From the NCBI GenBank assembly GCA_022605425.2, contig CM061253.1, positions 434,001 to 498,000 of the forward strand: DNA of 64,000 nucleotides, given 5' to 3'. A program made the translations under genes and the position numbers. The notes beneath the pieces are model-generated. The model searched no databases. It was not told the DNA's origin and saw nothing but the letters and a program-made list of their open reading frames with translations. Below are positions 25,890 to 40,453 of this stretch, one piece after another (positions within the stretch are counted from its first letter, which is position 1; each line of letters starts with the position of its first letter). The DNA is from Hamiltosporidium tvaerminnensis FI-OER-3-3. Its lineage: Eukaryota > Fungi > Microsporidia.

Positions 25890-28800
25890 TTATCCTCAGC
25901 GCTAATACTTTCACGAGCCTTGGCTTCCTTCAGTAATGTAGCTCACCTGTCTTTTTTAGCGCAATATTCCGCCAGTCTTCTACTCCCAGAAATCGTTCCG
26001 TCTTTTGATCTGATCAATCCAGCCAGTTCTCGTCTTCCCACTTTCCTTTTCCGACTTGTTTAAGGTTCGAAACTTTAGGAGGTATGCGATGTTCTCATTC
26101 TTAGCAGGTGTCTTACCCAGCGAAGTCTGTTAAGGCCGACTAAGTCTACTATTAACATATACCTCAATTTAGTGTAGTGTTCTCTGTTGTTTCGTTTCCC
26201 TCACCTGCCATTTTCTTATTTAAGTTCATAAATATGTCTCAGTACTTTTCTTTCTTACACCGCTTTTTTTTTCTCATCAATATTCTTCAGACCCCAAGAT
26301 TCTGATCCATACATGAGAATAATAGGCAGCAGCGTTTTGTAGAGCATGAATTTTGTCTTTCGAGTGATGAGCTTAGACTTAAAGTGCTTGAAGGGACAAT
26401 AATAGATTTTGTTCGCGACCCGAATTCTAGTATAAAATTCGTGCGAGCTGCTGTTGTTTAGATCTATTCAGGATCCTAAATAGACAAAATCTTCTACTGT
26501 TTAAAGATATAATCTTTGAACTTGAATTGAGGGAGTCTTCGGCTATTAATTAATGTCATTTATTGGTCTTGCGAATCTTAATAATCAGGTGCATCTTCTT
26601 GGCTGCAAATTCCAAAGCTATGAACGCTCTTTGCTGACTAGCTTCTGATCTTGCAATAAAATCAATACCATCAGCGTAGGCTAGGATTTTAATCTGCCCG
26701 TTAAATTCAAGACTTTGATCCGTAGGCTTGAACCCGGACTACTTTCTCAAAAGCCTAATTATAAAGTAGCCAACCCAGTGAGGTCCCTGCTCTAGACCAT
26801 CAAATGTTCTAACGGTTCTAACAGAGTAGACTGTAGTCTTATTCTGCAATTGGATCCAGAAATTGTCATTTTAGTCAATCATATCAATTTATGGGTAATA
26901 CTAAATTCTTTCATGATTCTGTAAAGCATTTTTCTATTGACTTTATCATAGGCTGCTTGCGGTCTATAAAAAGGTAGATAAAACTTAACACATATTTGAA
27001 TTTTTTTTCCAAAATTTTTTTGGTGAATAAATCACGTCCGATGTCGATCTATCTATCGGGAACCTGCATTGGTATGCTCCAATGATGTTCTATACACAAG
27101 ATAGCATTCGTGTAAAAATAACGCTAGACAGAACCTTTTAGGTTGTGTTCGGAAGAGTTATTACTTGGTACCTGTCACGATTCAGTGTGTGCCTTTTTTT
27201 TTAAATCACAGAGACATAACTTGTACCCCATTCTTTAGAAATTTTCTCTTCTTATCATTTCTCTGTAATTAAATGCGTCAGCTCATTTATGTAATTTCTA
27301 CTAGCGTTTTTAAAATGTTCATATGGATTTAGTCCGTTTTAAGGCTTTAATATTTTTCGGTTTTTCCCTGGTTTTATGTACTTCTTCATAAGAAGGCACA
27401 ATGTTTTCATGGCTACCAGTATCTTCTAATTCGTCAAACATTTGTCCGTGTCTGCTTGATTTTCGCATTCATCCAGAATTTCGCAAAAATGATCCGACCA
27501 AATATTTATAACACCTTGAATGCCTCTTATTGGCTCACCATTTTTACTTCCACAGCTGTACGTTCACGGAATGAAAGCTTTTCTGGTATTATTTACCTTT
27601 CTAAATATTTCCCTGCTAGATGTTTGGTATTATATTTCTGAATGAGATCTATTTGCGTCATCATGAACTTTTTCTTCTTAGCACGGGGTATCTCTTTTCC
27701 AATATTGCTCAATCTATATATATTTTAGTATCTACTCTAGACCATTTTTTTGTATCAGAAAGTTGTAGGCCTCATTCTTAGCCTTGGTTATGCTTGCAAA
27801 TTCCTTATCAAACCCTTCATTTCTTTTAATACTTCGCTTAAATCAAATAAATACGGGCCTGCTGCTACTATATTATGTTTAAGCATGTTCTAATGTCATC
27901 TATAACTTTCTTGCTCTGTTCTTTAACTATTTCGTTGGTTTTTGACTCATATATTTTCCTCCCTTTCTCATATTTTAACATACAGGTGTTATATCCAACA
28001 GAACTCGTTCTTTTTTGATTTCTGGTGTGTGAGATTATTGCTCTTAGTTGTGCAACAAGAAGGAGATAATCCCTATCGATATTTACACTGCATTGTAATC
28101 TAATATACTGTAAGATAGTGTTGTGACGTTTAAAAATGTGTGTATGATCTATTTGGTAGACCTTATCTTAGTCCGGGGTCGTTTAAGTACCCTTGTGTAT
28201 GTTTCCACGATCAAAAACTGTTCCCAAAATAAAATTTCCTCTTATTGCAAAATTAAGTAGTCGGAATTCATTTTCGATGCTCCTTATGTAAAGTATAATT
28301 TCTAATACTGCTACAGACATAATCTTTTCCTATTTTTGCGTCTATGTCTCCTAACAGAAATCGAATGTATTTCTAGGATAATCTTCATATACTTTCCCTA
28401 AGAAAGCATAAAAGGCTTTATTTTCCTCCCCAGTTGAATCTTCTGCGAGAGCATATGCATTGAGGATAATATAGTTCAATTTTTTTCTTTTATTTTGATT
28501 CAGATTGCCTGGGTTTTTAGCTCTGAAAATCACTTACAAGCGGTTATATTTTGATTCCAACCATGAATTCGGTCCCCAGTTAGTAGTTTTTTTTTTGTGA
28601 CAGCTTAGTAGAGTTAAATGCTCTTCTTATTACAAGTTCTTTTTCCTGTCGATTCCAGTTCTTGGGGGCCTACAATGACGATATTACTTTGAGAGATCAC
28701 ATCAGACAGACACTTCGGGGCCTCGAGCCTATGTAAGGAACGCTAATTATATGTTGCAAGTAGAATTTTGGTTTTTTGTTTAACTACGCTAACTATTTTT

Positions 28801-28985
28801 TGAATTTCCGTCTGAGTTTAATTAAGTTTTTGGGTTTCGTAACATGTTGATTTAGAAGAGTGGCTTGGTAGCCTTACGCTTAAGTTCGGAAAACCAGTTC
28901 TTTTAGTTCTTACTTACGAACAGCAAGGAATACTCTAGACCAATTCTGTCTCCGGCAAGGAGAGGCCGATCAAACCTATATATGT
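25890..28985 (-). mobile_element. Decayed near full-length RTE-clade LINE (APE endonuclease + RT)
   Basis: Reverse complement gives ATYN*RSL (28760), LNAYALAED...KAFYAFL (28351-28533), GLEQG (26790), KILAYADGID (26680), an RTE-type 3' end GCCAAGGCTCGTG and RTE-type 5'UTR motifs. Confidence 0.88.
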
Positions 28986-31900
28986 TTTGAAATTTAGGTT
29001 TGATTGCAAATGATCGGTTTGAAATAAGAACCCTTGCTTAGCATGTTTTTTAAGATGAAATACGTAAGCTCACAATAAAGCAGCTAACCTATAGTACTTT
29101 TTATCAAGAAGCCTTTTTTGAACTTTATAAAGAATTCGGTCAAAGGACTTGAGTTATTTGACGAAAAGGTATAAAAAACATGAACTCTGCATCTCTCAGT
29201 TGTAAAGCAAACTCATGATATTTATTAAACACACCCAGTAAAAACAATTTAGAAAAAACCGTATCTGATGCATAAACCAAGTATTTGTTTGATACTTATT
29301 TCATAATTACTCGGTCAGCACTTTAAATCATAGCTTTTTTTTCGTTCTGAATTAGACAATGTTTGACATCATATTTTTATTTATTCATAATGAAGCCATC
29401 AAGAACAATCTCAGATACGATTGATTTTTTCTATTTCTTTTTATAAAATCGTAAGTTTTGAACCATGATATACGCCAACCCATTTTTTAATTGAAGCCAT
29501 CAAAATCGATATTTTTATATTCCATATTAATTTAGACTAAGGATAATTTTCTTAAAAAATTTGATTACAGAAAATCCGGGTTCTATATACATTTTTACTC
29601 GTGTAAATTTTAAGATGAACTACATTTAAATCTTGCTATTACGGGTTTATTAAATAAATCTATGCTTTTTCCGTTGTATTATATGTTGCCATATCTATTT
29701 AGCTTTATAATACATTTGCGTCGAAAATACAGTACTTATAATAAAAGATTACATAGCTTGCTTTTTCGATTTCTTTGATAAAACACTTCTATTAAAATTA
29801 ATTGTGAAGCTCTTGAACTTAATCTAAATTTTTTATTTTCTTTACCCATGGTCTTTTACATAGCCAAAATACATTTCTCTCAGCTTTATTAAGGGTGTGT
29901 TCTGACAAAAGAATTCTCAAAGTGGCACGGAACGCCTGTAAGTAGCTATTATTTCTCTGTCGGCTTCGTATTTTTTGCATTCTTATAGCCAATCAATCAT
30001 TTTAACACAGATGTAAATTGTGTATGATTCTTTTCAGCTTTGATATCTTATAAAACAACTTAAGCTTGCTCAGAATTTTTTTTTGGGATCTTTCTGTATT
30101 TCTAAAAACAAATCGGTTCTTTTCCTGTGGATAAATCTTTATGAAAGCAGGATCGATTTAGTTAAACTTAGCAGTTACTCCACGAAGTAGTAAATACATA
30201 GGTTTGTCTTTTCACAAGATAATTCTCTCTAGAAGCTCTGATCTAAAAAATGTAGTTTCTTTAACCAATTTGGTGCCTTAAGCTTGATATTTGTATTATA
30301 AAAGAGAGTTGGCTTGATTTTGGCCGCGTTTGAATGTAGAAAAACACGTAGCTTGTGATTAGTTAGCAATACTCTCACATGCATTTCCCTTTTAATCCTA
30401 TTCATATCATTAGAGTTTCTAAGTATGAAAACTGTTTTATTATAAACATAGTCTTCATTACCTATTGAATCATAGTTTAAGATAAAAAATAGTGAACCAT
30501 AAATTTCTAAGGTTTGTTGATGTAAAAGAAAGATACAAGTAATACATATATGGTATTTAAATTATGCCACCTGAAATAGTAATAAATAATTTGATTTATC
30601 AAGAAATATAAAAATGTATTATATTAATATCGAGGTCACTAGTAATTCATAATGCTATTGGTTTTTATATTATTTTTACAATTTTTGATTCTTTGTAAAG
30701 ATATTGTTTATATTGAGTCTTTTTATTTCATACCTTTATGTCTTATGTATTCCGGTTTGCCATTTCCTATTCATCTCTTCTTAGCGTTTTTTCACCAAAA
30801 AGGCTAAAAAAAGTTATTAAATAGACATAATGCTTGAAAATGGACATTAATTTTAAATTTGTTTGTGGTTTTGAGTTTTTTGAAATAGCAGTTGTTAAGC
30901 ATACAAAAAGAATTTAAACCCTTCTAGCTACAAAATGTAAGAAAATATATGTATGAATTTCCTCTTCATTAATATAATTTTTAATTTTTTGTTTAAATTG
31001 GCATTTCAGTTATGTAAATAAATGTAGGATAATTTACAATGCACGGATTTTAAGTGTTCAAAGAAAAAATTTTTTATTAGCGTTTTATAAGCTGTCAATA
31101 TACGATTGCATACAAAATGAGAATCCAATCAATTAGAAAAAGAACAAAAGTCTTTATTTAGCTAAAGAGATTATCTTTGTTGCTAAATGTTAATTTAGAC
31201 AAGAATAGTCGTTTTTTCTTTAATTCAATTTGGCTTATTATTTAAACGTATCACGATAGGTGCATCATGAGGTAAATGAATTTATAGCTCAAATTAGACT
31301 AAACTACCATTTATTAAATTAAACTACATATCAATATGTTGAGCGTTGTTTATATTAGTTTTTCGAAAATAAAAAATTAACTGTTATAAATCCAAAATAT
31401 TACCGAAATAGGATTAGTTTGTATAAATTATGTAAATGTTTAAGTTTATATGGAGTAAAAGAATAAATCGCGGTTGTCAACGTGATCAGCATACACACAA
31501 ACATATTTTCTGGTTTAAGATAGTAAAATGACTTCAGATTTTAAATATTCTTTGATTTTCTGTTTGTGAATAACCTATTTTGTAATGAAGTAATTTAATC
31601 ATGACCAAATATATAAAATCTCACTTTCTGAACGTTTTTAACTACACTAATAAATAATTTATGGTCGGTGTAACACAATTGAAATATCAAGGTTGGGTCA
31701 AACCTACAAATCATAATTAAAAATAAAACATCAAAAAAGATATTTTAATTAGGTATAACGATAAATTGGATGTCCAAAAAATATAGTCTTGGCATATACT
31801 ATAATATATATTCGAAAAAAAACATGAAGTTATTTTTGTCTTTCGTCTATCCTATTTTTTTAACTGTGTATCTCTAAAATCCTAATATGAAAAAAAAATA

Positions 31901-33149
31901 CAAGTGTAACTTTAATTAAGCGGTCCCATGCAACATATACAGATTAAAATAATAATAAAACCCCCTCAATGCCTAGGATTTTCTTAGAAGTGCAAAATTA
32001 AACGTTAATTAGAAACATATTTGTCATGCCATACCCATGAAAATGCATTAAATGATAGTAATTTGCTACTAAGCTAGGCATTTATTTTTAATCGAACTGA
32101 GAAATAAACATATAAGCCAAAATTTAAGAAATCGTAAAATATTTTTTTCTTTTGAGATATAATTTAGCAATAAAAAGCATCTATTTAAATATTTTTAATA
32201 TAACAGCTTTTTAAATGCTTTTAAAAAATTCGAATTTATCCGTTAGGGCTATTTCAGCATAAAGATAGTTGAGATAAATAAAGTTTAAGGTGACGTAAAA
32301 ACTGTTTCAAGATGTAACGATGCGATATAAATCTAATTTATTTGTATTTTGGCCTTTTCACGTGTTTTTAGTGTTTAAATATTTGAAAAGTATTTTTCAA
32401 CTAATAATGTAACTCATAGATATTTTTTGTCGCTATTGCTATATTTAAAAAAAAAAACTCTACCTAATATTAAATTTATTTGGTCTCTAAGGACAGCTGG
32501 ATAAGAGAATATAAAAATCTATCGAACAATCCGTTATTTCTATCTGAAAAACCATTTATAAAATAATATTTTGGCTTTTTATACTTTTGAAAAAAATTCT
32601 TTTGCATTAGTAACCATTATAAATCATTGCTACAGAATTATTTGCAATCTTTTATCTGACATTTTGATCAAAAAAAAGAAATCAAAAAAAAAATTGCAAT
32701 CAAAAGAGATTTTAAACTCTATTTAGTAAATTCAAAATTGATTTTTTAGACAGTGATGTATTTATTTTAAAAAATACCGTTAGGCATCAATAAAAAATGA
32801 ATTAATAATCTGAGACCTAATGGAAGCTATAGAATAGAAAATACATTTACTAGTGTCATACCAACAAAATCAAGTGACTCTGCTCGCGCCACCGAGCTTG
32901 TTATAAACAGTGATAATTTGGGAATAATTAAATTGATAGCCAAAAAACGTCAAGCCAAAGATCTTTTAACCAAATCCTAGCTACACAAAATAATCTTCAT
33001 ATTTTGAATCGAGAACTACACCATGAAAATCAACATTATCAGTTGGTTTTTAAGCGAAGATTTAAAACATTTTCTTGCTTTTCCTTCAAAATACGATTTT
33101 TATGTTTTTATCAGCAACTTCTAATTATAGAAATATTTTTATCACAATT

Positions 33150-36100
33150 TTTCCCTTAAATATTTGGTAATTCTATTTATATTTTACAAATATAGAACAA
33201 ATAGGTAGAATGAAAAAGTAGACAGCGAAAATATAAAAAATGTAAAAATAAAGGCTGTAAACAACTTGGAGAACAGCGCAGGAGAGATTTTGATGTGTGA
33301 TGTAGATGTAGCAATGTTATACGAGAGACTTCCACCTCCATCGACCTTCCATGACACCACCAACCAAACCACATGCAGTAGTTGCCAGACTAGTCCAGTC
33401 TGCTTGGTTGACACCATACCCTCGTCTTCTGGTACCGATGCCACTGCGTTTGGACCAGCCAACGGCATGAAAAACCTCAATACAGATGCCATTCTAGAAG
33501 GGAATCGACTGATGGTATTGCACTCAATACTTGACTCTGTCACAGTCATAGAGCAGGAATGGCCTAGATCTGCTATTCTAGCAGTGCAAAAGAGGTTTGA
33601 GAGAATGCCCAGAAATGGCTGGCCCGCTACTCTGAGGTACTATAATGAGAAATTTGGCTGCACATTAGATATCGAAGTGTTAAAAAAATTGGCACAAAGT
33701 GAGATGGGAAAGGAAGTAAAATCAGAAGAGAATGGAGAGCGACGTAGAATCGCCACTTGTCTCGCTGATACATGCACCTTGACCGACACCACGGAGTACA
33801 TAAACCTGAGAGATAAATTCTTGAGTAAAATCAAAGAAATCTCGGAGAACGAAATTGGAAAAGTGATGGTCCGAACCCAAAAGCTTCCAAGTGAATTGGT
33901 TGACAGTAAAATTTTGGACCTTATTAATCGAATTATCGGTGAGTATGCTGATTCTTATGTGCCGATGACGATAACTGCAGTGGCACAAATAATCAAGGCA
34001 GCCCAGGTATTCTATGACGAGGCTACACGTAAAGAAAAGCTTAGATCTGCTTGGAAGGAAAACATAGAAAGTAAAATTTCTAAGTTAGTACTTTCCAAAG
34101 ATCTTCTCGAGAAGGCTCGTAAGCACGAAAAGCTCTCCCCTTCGGAAACGAAGAGCCTTAAGCAAATCATGCGAGAGTTTAATTTAAACTTGAGCAGCGT
34201 AACTGATCTTTCTGAGGCTTTAGTTAAGAAGAATGAGTCTTTGAATGTTTACGAGAAAAAAATTACGATGTATGAAAGTAGGAAGCAATTCCGAAAAGAG
34301 AATCGTATGTTTGAGCTTTTCCGAGGTCGATTTTATCGTGGGTTATCTGAGCGTGTAGAATCCGAGCATGTGGTTAGCCGTGATGAAATTGTGAGTTTTT
34401 GGTCTACAATGTGGAACAAAAATGATGACACAGTCACGTATGATGATTATTTGATTCCATTTGTATCAGATAATCATCCGACCACGTTTCCTTCACTTGA
34501 TGAATTTGTAAATATCATTAATTGGCTTCCCAATTGGAAAGCTGCTGGAATTGATGGTATTTACAATTTTTTCATTAAGAAACTTACAACTCTTCACAAA
34601 TATATTTAGGATATTGTGAAAGTTATATGTTTAGAAGGAACACCTCAAGCTGATTGGTTTTACTGCGGGCTTACGTATTTGATACCGAAAGGAATTCCAC
34701 GAAGAGGCTCTGACTACAGGCCAATCACTTGTTTGTCTAACCTCTACAAGTTAACGACTAAGTGTGCAACGAAAGTCGTTTAACTTAAAGTGGAAAGGCG
34801 AAGGTTTCTTGCGGAGAACCAGTTGGGAGCAGTTAGAGGTGTGCAGGGAGCGAAAGAGCAGGCTCTACTGAATATTGCCTTAAATAAAGAGTATGGAAAC
34901 AATCTTAAGGCAACATGGATTGATGTTAAAAAAGCTTATGATTCAATAGATCATGCTTATTTAACTCAATGCATTGAAAACCTTAATTTAACTGATTGGA
35001 TCCTGAAATTTATTAAGGTAATTATATCAAAATGGAAAATTGATATATCAGTAGGGCCTGAAAAAATCATGAGCAAGAAGATTGATAGAGGGATTCTACA
35101 AGGAGATAGTCTGTCACCTTTGTTATTTGTGTTGTGTATGGATCCATTAAGCCGAAAGCTTAATGAAAAATATACAAAAGTGACAGTACAAACAGATGCA
35201 GAATCCCACTCTACTAATCATCTTTTGTTTATTGATGATCTTAAGCTTCTTGCAAAAGACAGCTCCACATTGAGTGCTATGACAGGCGAGGCAAAGGAAT
35301 TTTTAGAGGTGATTGGCTTAGAGATTAACAAAGAGAAGTCAGCCACAAATGATACGTGTTGTGAAGATACTGCTACTCTTCTAGAAGGTTTTAGTGTTTA
35401 CAAATATTTAGGAATAATAGAATATAGCAGAGGAATCCCAACATGTAGCTCATTTGAGAAGTAAAAAGCAAACTTATATCAAGAGTTGAAAGACTTTGTC
35501 ACACTAGATTAAACGCAAAAAATTTATTTTTTGCAATTAATCAACATGCGATATCGTTGATCAACTATCACATAGGAGTACTTCGACTTACACCGGCTGA
35601 CTTCTCTAAGTTAGATGATGCAGCGCGTGCGGTGTTGGTGAAGAATAAGATACATCTCCGCCCAGGATGTAAAGAGCGTTTATACTTTCCTAGAGCAGAA
35701 CTTGGAAGAGGCCTACATAGTGTTGAGTTGCGAAGCGAACATATGCTTCTGCAACTCTTGGATTGTCTGGAAAAAAGGAAAGAAATATCAACTAGACGAG
35801 CAGCAATCCTAAGGTGGAGAATTATAATAAAACTCATCTTGCACTAATAAAAGGCTTCTTAAAAGTAAAGTACAGGTTGGTAGAAGAAGTCACTAAGAAA
35901 AGTTTAGAAGAAGCTCAACTTGCAAAACTATATAACGAAATAGAAAAACGAAAACTTAAAACAAAGTTATATAATGCAAGAAAAAATGAGCTTGTGAGTG
36001 TTAGTGACTCTTCAAGATGGCTAAAGAGAGGAAATATTAGGCCACGCAATGAAGCTGTGTTCTACTATATCCAGGATAGAAATGTATTCTGGGAAGCAGA

Positions 36101-36982
36101 TGGTATGTGTCAACTTTTCGGGAAGTCTGGTAAGACCATAGATCATCTAGCAACTCGATGTGAAAAAACGCTAGGCCATGACTACATCAGACAGCATAAT
36201 GAAGTGGTTAGATTCCTACACTTATTTCTCCTAAATAGACATAAGTTTAAGTCCCCAAAACGAATTAGGAGTCACTCAGTTCAAGAAATTCTTGATAATG
36301 AGTATGCAGAGATAAGAGTGGACACCAGAATAAAAACTGATGTCAATTCGGAATAACAGACCAGACATATTTATTTTAGATAAGAAGAAGAATAAGATAA
36401 CACTTATCGAAGCAGGAATCAATTCCCAAGATTCACTTCAAATAGTCGAAACGGAAACACTTAGGAAGTATGACCTACTAGCCAATAATTTGGGTCTTAT
36501 TTTTAAGTGTAGTGTAGAGATAATCCCTTATGTGATGACCTGGGATGGTATTGTGACAAAATACCATAAATCTCATCTTAAAAGACTAGAAATACCCATG
36601 AATGTAGAGGCATACATTCAGTCTATAGTACTTAAGAAGACAGTCGAAACAATTTCCTTTGATCGACGAAGAGGACTTGAGTCAGGACTAAATGCCGAAG
36701 AGAGCTGGGAGAGAGCGTCAATGGGTGTTATTATTAGAGCAGATTTGCATGAGGAACCAACACCCCTTTTAAAAGAAGAGAAGAGAGAGGAAGATGGTGT
36801 TAAAATTTTAAAACCAAAAAATAATACACCCCTTATTTCACAAGGAGGAACCACTTTAGAGGAACCGACCAATAACATAAATAAAGAGTCGGATTTTTAA
36901 GAAGATACAAAAGTGATTAAAGAGGTAGAAGAAAACATATAAAAATTGTAAAAATATTTTAACCCAGAATTTTATTAAATAA
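33150..36982 (+). mobile_element. R4-like LINE copy B; near full length; disrupted
   Basis: ORF pieces 33266-34609, 34790-35464, 35557-35847, 35814-36356 and 36340-36900 are highly similar to copy A and add the N-terminal region. Same 3' end AACCCAGAATTTTATTAAATAA. 5' boundary approximate. Confidence 0.95.
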
Positions 36983-37698
36983 GTGAAATAATATCGATAG
37001 ATACCTATATAAGAAAATATTCAAAGAATAAGTTCATAAATAATTAGAAAAAAGCGCAGTTATTTCTATGTAGGTTTTTTGCTGTTTCAACAAGCTAATT
37101 GAACCATTATAATTATAATTTTGGCTTGGGTGAGCGGTTTTCTTTTCTTTCGTTCGTCGGTTCTAATAAATTTTAAGGATTTCTATCACAATGATTAGAT
37201 TTATGCTTGTATAAGTACTTCTCTTGTCATCTGTTATTTCTGATGTTATAATAAATTGAGGAGAATCTTTCTAATTAGAATATAATTTAAAATTTTTTTA
37301 TAATCTCCAATTTTCATATCTAAAAAATATGGTTACGTCTTATATAATCGTGAATCTAGCAAGTAAAAAATGATATATTTACGTCCATATGTGCATTACT
37401 TATATATAATTCAACAGAGAAACTTAAATTTGTTTGATGACTTAAATTTGAATTTTTATAGGAGAAATAGATATTTAATATTTTGATATCTAAATTAGTT
37501 TAAAAAACATATGTCTTTTCTTAAAATCAAGTAGCTAAATACTCTATTAATTTTCGAAGTATCTAAAACTTAGACACATGTCATTCAAAATGTATTTCTA
37601 TTCTAAACTCGATGGAAGACTACTATGTCACTTTATTTAGATTTTTATCATAAAACATGTAATATATCACATAGATTAAATATTTCATAATTTCTAAG

Positions 37699-37851
37699 TG
37701 TCTTAAACTCATTCTGAGTAACGACATTAAACCCTCCCCCCTAAATAATTATTTCTTTTACCCCTAAGAAGAGTGAAAATGAAACAAAATATAAGACCTT
37801 AAATAAATAAAAATCATTCCTTTAATTCTTCTAAAACGCCGGCACACGGCA
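37699..37851 (+). repeat. 5' LTR (about 153 bp, TG...CA)
   Basis: Direct repeat of 40293-40453; begins with the hairpin TGTC-TTAAACTCA-TTC-TGAGT-AACGACA. Confidence 0.85.
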
Positions 37852-40292
37852 TTTTGAGCTCAAAGCCGATCAATACGACAACATGTACCACAAGGCTTAA
37901 CTTTATACAACCAGAAGAAGCGTTACATTTCAGGTTTGGGGTAACAATGCAAGTACCGGACTAAGTTTACAACTTACCAAACTTTACGTCTATACTGATC
38001 CATCATCCGTTCACACATGGATTACTAACTTCCGGTTAATCGCTACCTTTAACGAATGGGATCAGAGTCATAGCCGAAACATGCTCTCAATCCTACTTTC
38101 AGAAGAAATCAAGTCCCATTTTGCACCACAATCAAAAGTAGATACATGTCTCGATACTTTTATCACCCTTTTATTCCGGCCTTCAGATAGGCAGAAGTAG
38201 ATTAACGAATTAAGAAATATCTCGTATAGGCAATACAGAAATCTTACCCTATAAACAAACGCAGTTTAGAACTACTTAAATATCTTGATCACTGCTATCC
38301 ACTTGACGAAAAACTCTTAGATCGAGAAAAATTTAATTATTTCATCATGGGTCTAACGCTTGAGCAAAGAAAAAAACTGGTTGATTTACAGGAAGAAACA
38401 ATCCCGGCAGCTCATGTAACACTATTACAGATTCAAGAAAGGGAATGTCTGTAAAAAATACATCAAGGAACATCAGATTACTCCATTCCCTCAAACAAAA
38501 TATCAAATAAGCGATATAAATGCACCTACCATAAAAGTAAAAATCATACAGACCAAGAGTGCATCGCCCAAAAAGAGAGGAAGCGAGATATAAAAAGAAA
38601 AGATATAGACCAATCAAAACTATTTATGATGGTTATAGAAAAAGAATATTCGGTCAAAAATATGGAATTCACCGCACATATCAACAATACTATCTTCGAT
38701 AACGTATTAGTGGATATTGGTGCATCATAAGATACGTCCACTCAACATTTCTCAAAAAAACAGGCATTCTACCCATTAGATTAAACAATATCAAGACCAT
38801 TTCGGTAGCCAATAGAGAAACCTATCAAATATTGAAAAAAATTGAATTCCAGCTTTAATTTACATTGCATCCAACTCTTACTTTTAAAGTCGATGCACTA
38901 GTCTTACTATTCTTGCCAACTAGCGTTATCTTAGGAATTTACTTCTTAGACAAAGATAATGCAGTGATCAGCTTTTAGGAAAAATACTTAACTATAAGAT
39001 CTGTAAAATTACCATCGAAACTAGATGCACCATCTTTGAATATAGACCTAGATCAAATGCTTATTGACAAAGTATCTTTTCTAAAGATAATCGAAGAATT
39101 CGATCAAGCAATAATTTCAAACAAAAAAGAAAACGTGGCAGCTGATTTTTTATTTAAAAATTTTAGTATTTATAGTCTAGATACATCTAACTTAAAGAAA
39201 ATTATTCAAGAGAGCCAGCTAAAATCAAAAAATAAAATGGAGAAATACTCCTATGACATAGCTAATCTAAACAAAAAATATCTCTATACTGATTTAAACC
39301 ATAAGATTATTGTCTCTGATGATATTTCAGTCAAATTAATCAACCAAATTCACTCAATTTTAGGACATTGTGGAATCAACAGACTATATTATAGTATCAA
39401 GAACCTAAAACTTATTTCAAATATCAAAGCCAAGATCAAACATATAGTAAGTACATGTTCTACATGCATGATTAATAAAATACAGACTATCTCATATGAA
39501 AAAATTACCGGATTCTTTTAAAAAGCTCAACCATTAGAAAAAATCTGCTCGGAAATTTTAGGACCATATATTAATCAATTTTACAAAAGAAAATTCTATA
39601 TTTTGACAATTACAGACGTATTTTAAAAATATACATTACTAAACATTCTTTATCAAATCAACACTAAACAAGTAATCAAGGCATTTGAAAATTGGATCCA
39701 TCACTTTAAAACACCTAAAGAAATTCTAAAAGATCAAGAACGACAAAAACAACAGAAGAATTCCATTTTTTTTGCAGAGTCAACGGCATAAAACATCTTT
39801 GTACTTCGGTATTTAACCCAACTGTAAATTCAATCTCAGAAAAAGCTAACCCAAATAATTTCATTAGTCTTAAGATGCAATCGAGGAAAAACTTTAATAC
39901 AGGCAATCAACAGAGCTGAATTTACCCCAAACAATGCCTATAATAGAATCACGGAACTTTCACCCGAGGAAATAATATTTAACCAATCTAGATTAGATTT
40001 ATTGGAAAGGACAAGAGAAATAAATCTTGAGAGTATAGCTACCAGAATCAAGCAAGCAGCCGACTCGGAGAATCGAAAATCTAATGCAAAACGAAAAACA
40101 GAATTTGTTTACGAAGTGGGGAATTTCGTGTTTGTTAAAAACTATAACCGTTCAAAATTAGATCCTTTCTATATTGGTCCAGCGAAAGTAGTGACAATGC
40201 ATCGTAATAATAATGTGGTTACTCTATCTCTTCATGAATCGTATGGCAAGAGAACATTAAAAATTTAAGGCCTTTTCGGGTAGGAAGCAACT

Positions 40293-40453
40293 TTTCGTAA
40301 ACTCATTCTGAGTAACGACATGTATCCCCCTACATACTTATTTAAATAATTATTTCTTTTACCCCTAAGAAGGAGTGAAAATGAAACAAAATATAAGACC
40401 TTCAACAAATAAAAACCATTCATTTAATACTTCCAAAACGCCGGCACACGGTA
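40293..40453 (+). repeat. 3' LTR
   Basis: Direct repeat of 37699-37851 following a purine-rich tract. Confidence 0.85.

Larger units (their letters stand above)
37699..40453 (+). mobile_element. Ty3/Gypsy LTR retrotransposon with the RT and most of RNase H deleted; decayed
   Basis: Direct repeats 37699-37851 and 40293-40453. gag-like WITNFRLIATFNEW, protease VLVDIGAS, RNase H tail EEFD...KENVAADFL, integrase H..GHCG..CSTC and core. Purine-rich tract at 40278-40290. Confidence 0.88.

Noticed and set aside
32800-33110. Further very old copy of the structured repeat (TGTCATACCAACAA at 32854)
   Set aside because: Only one convincing 14-mer; colinearity not established.
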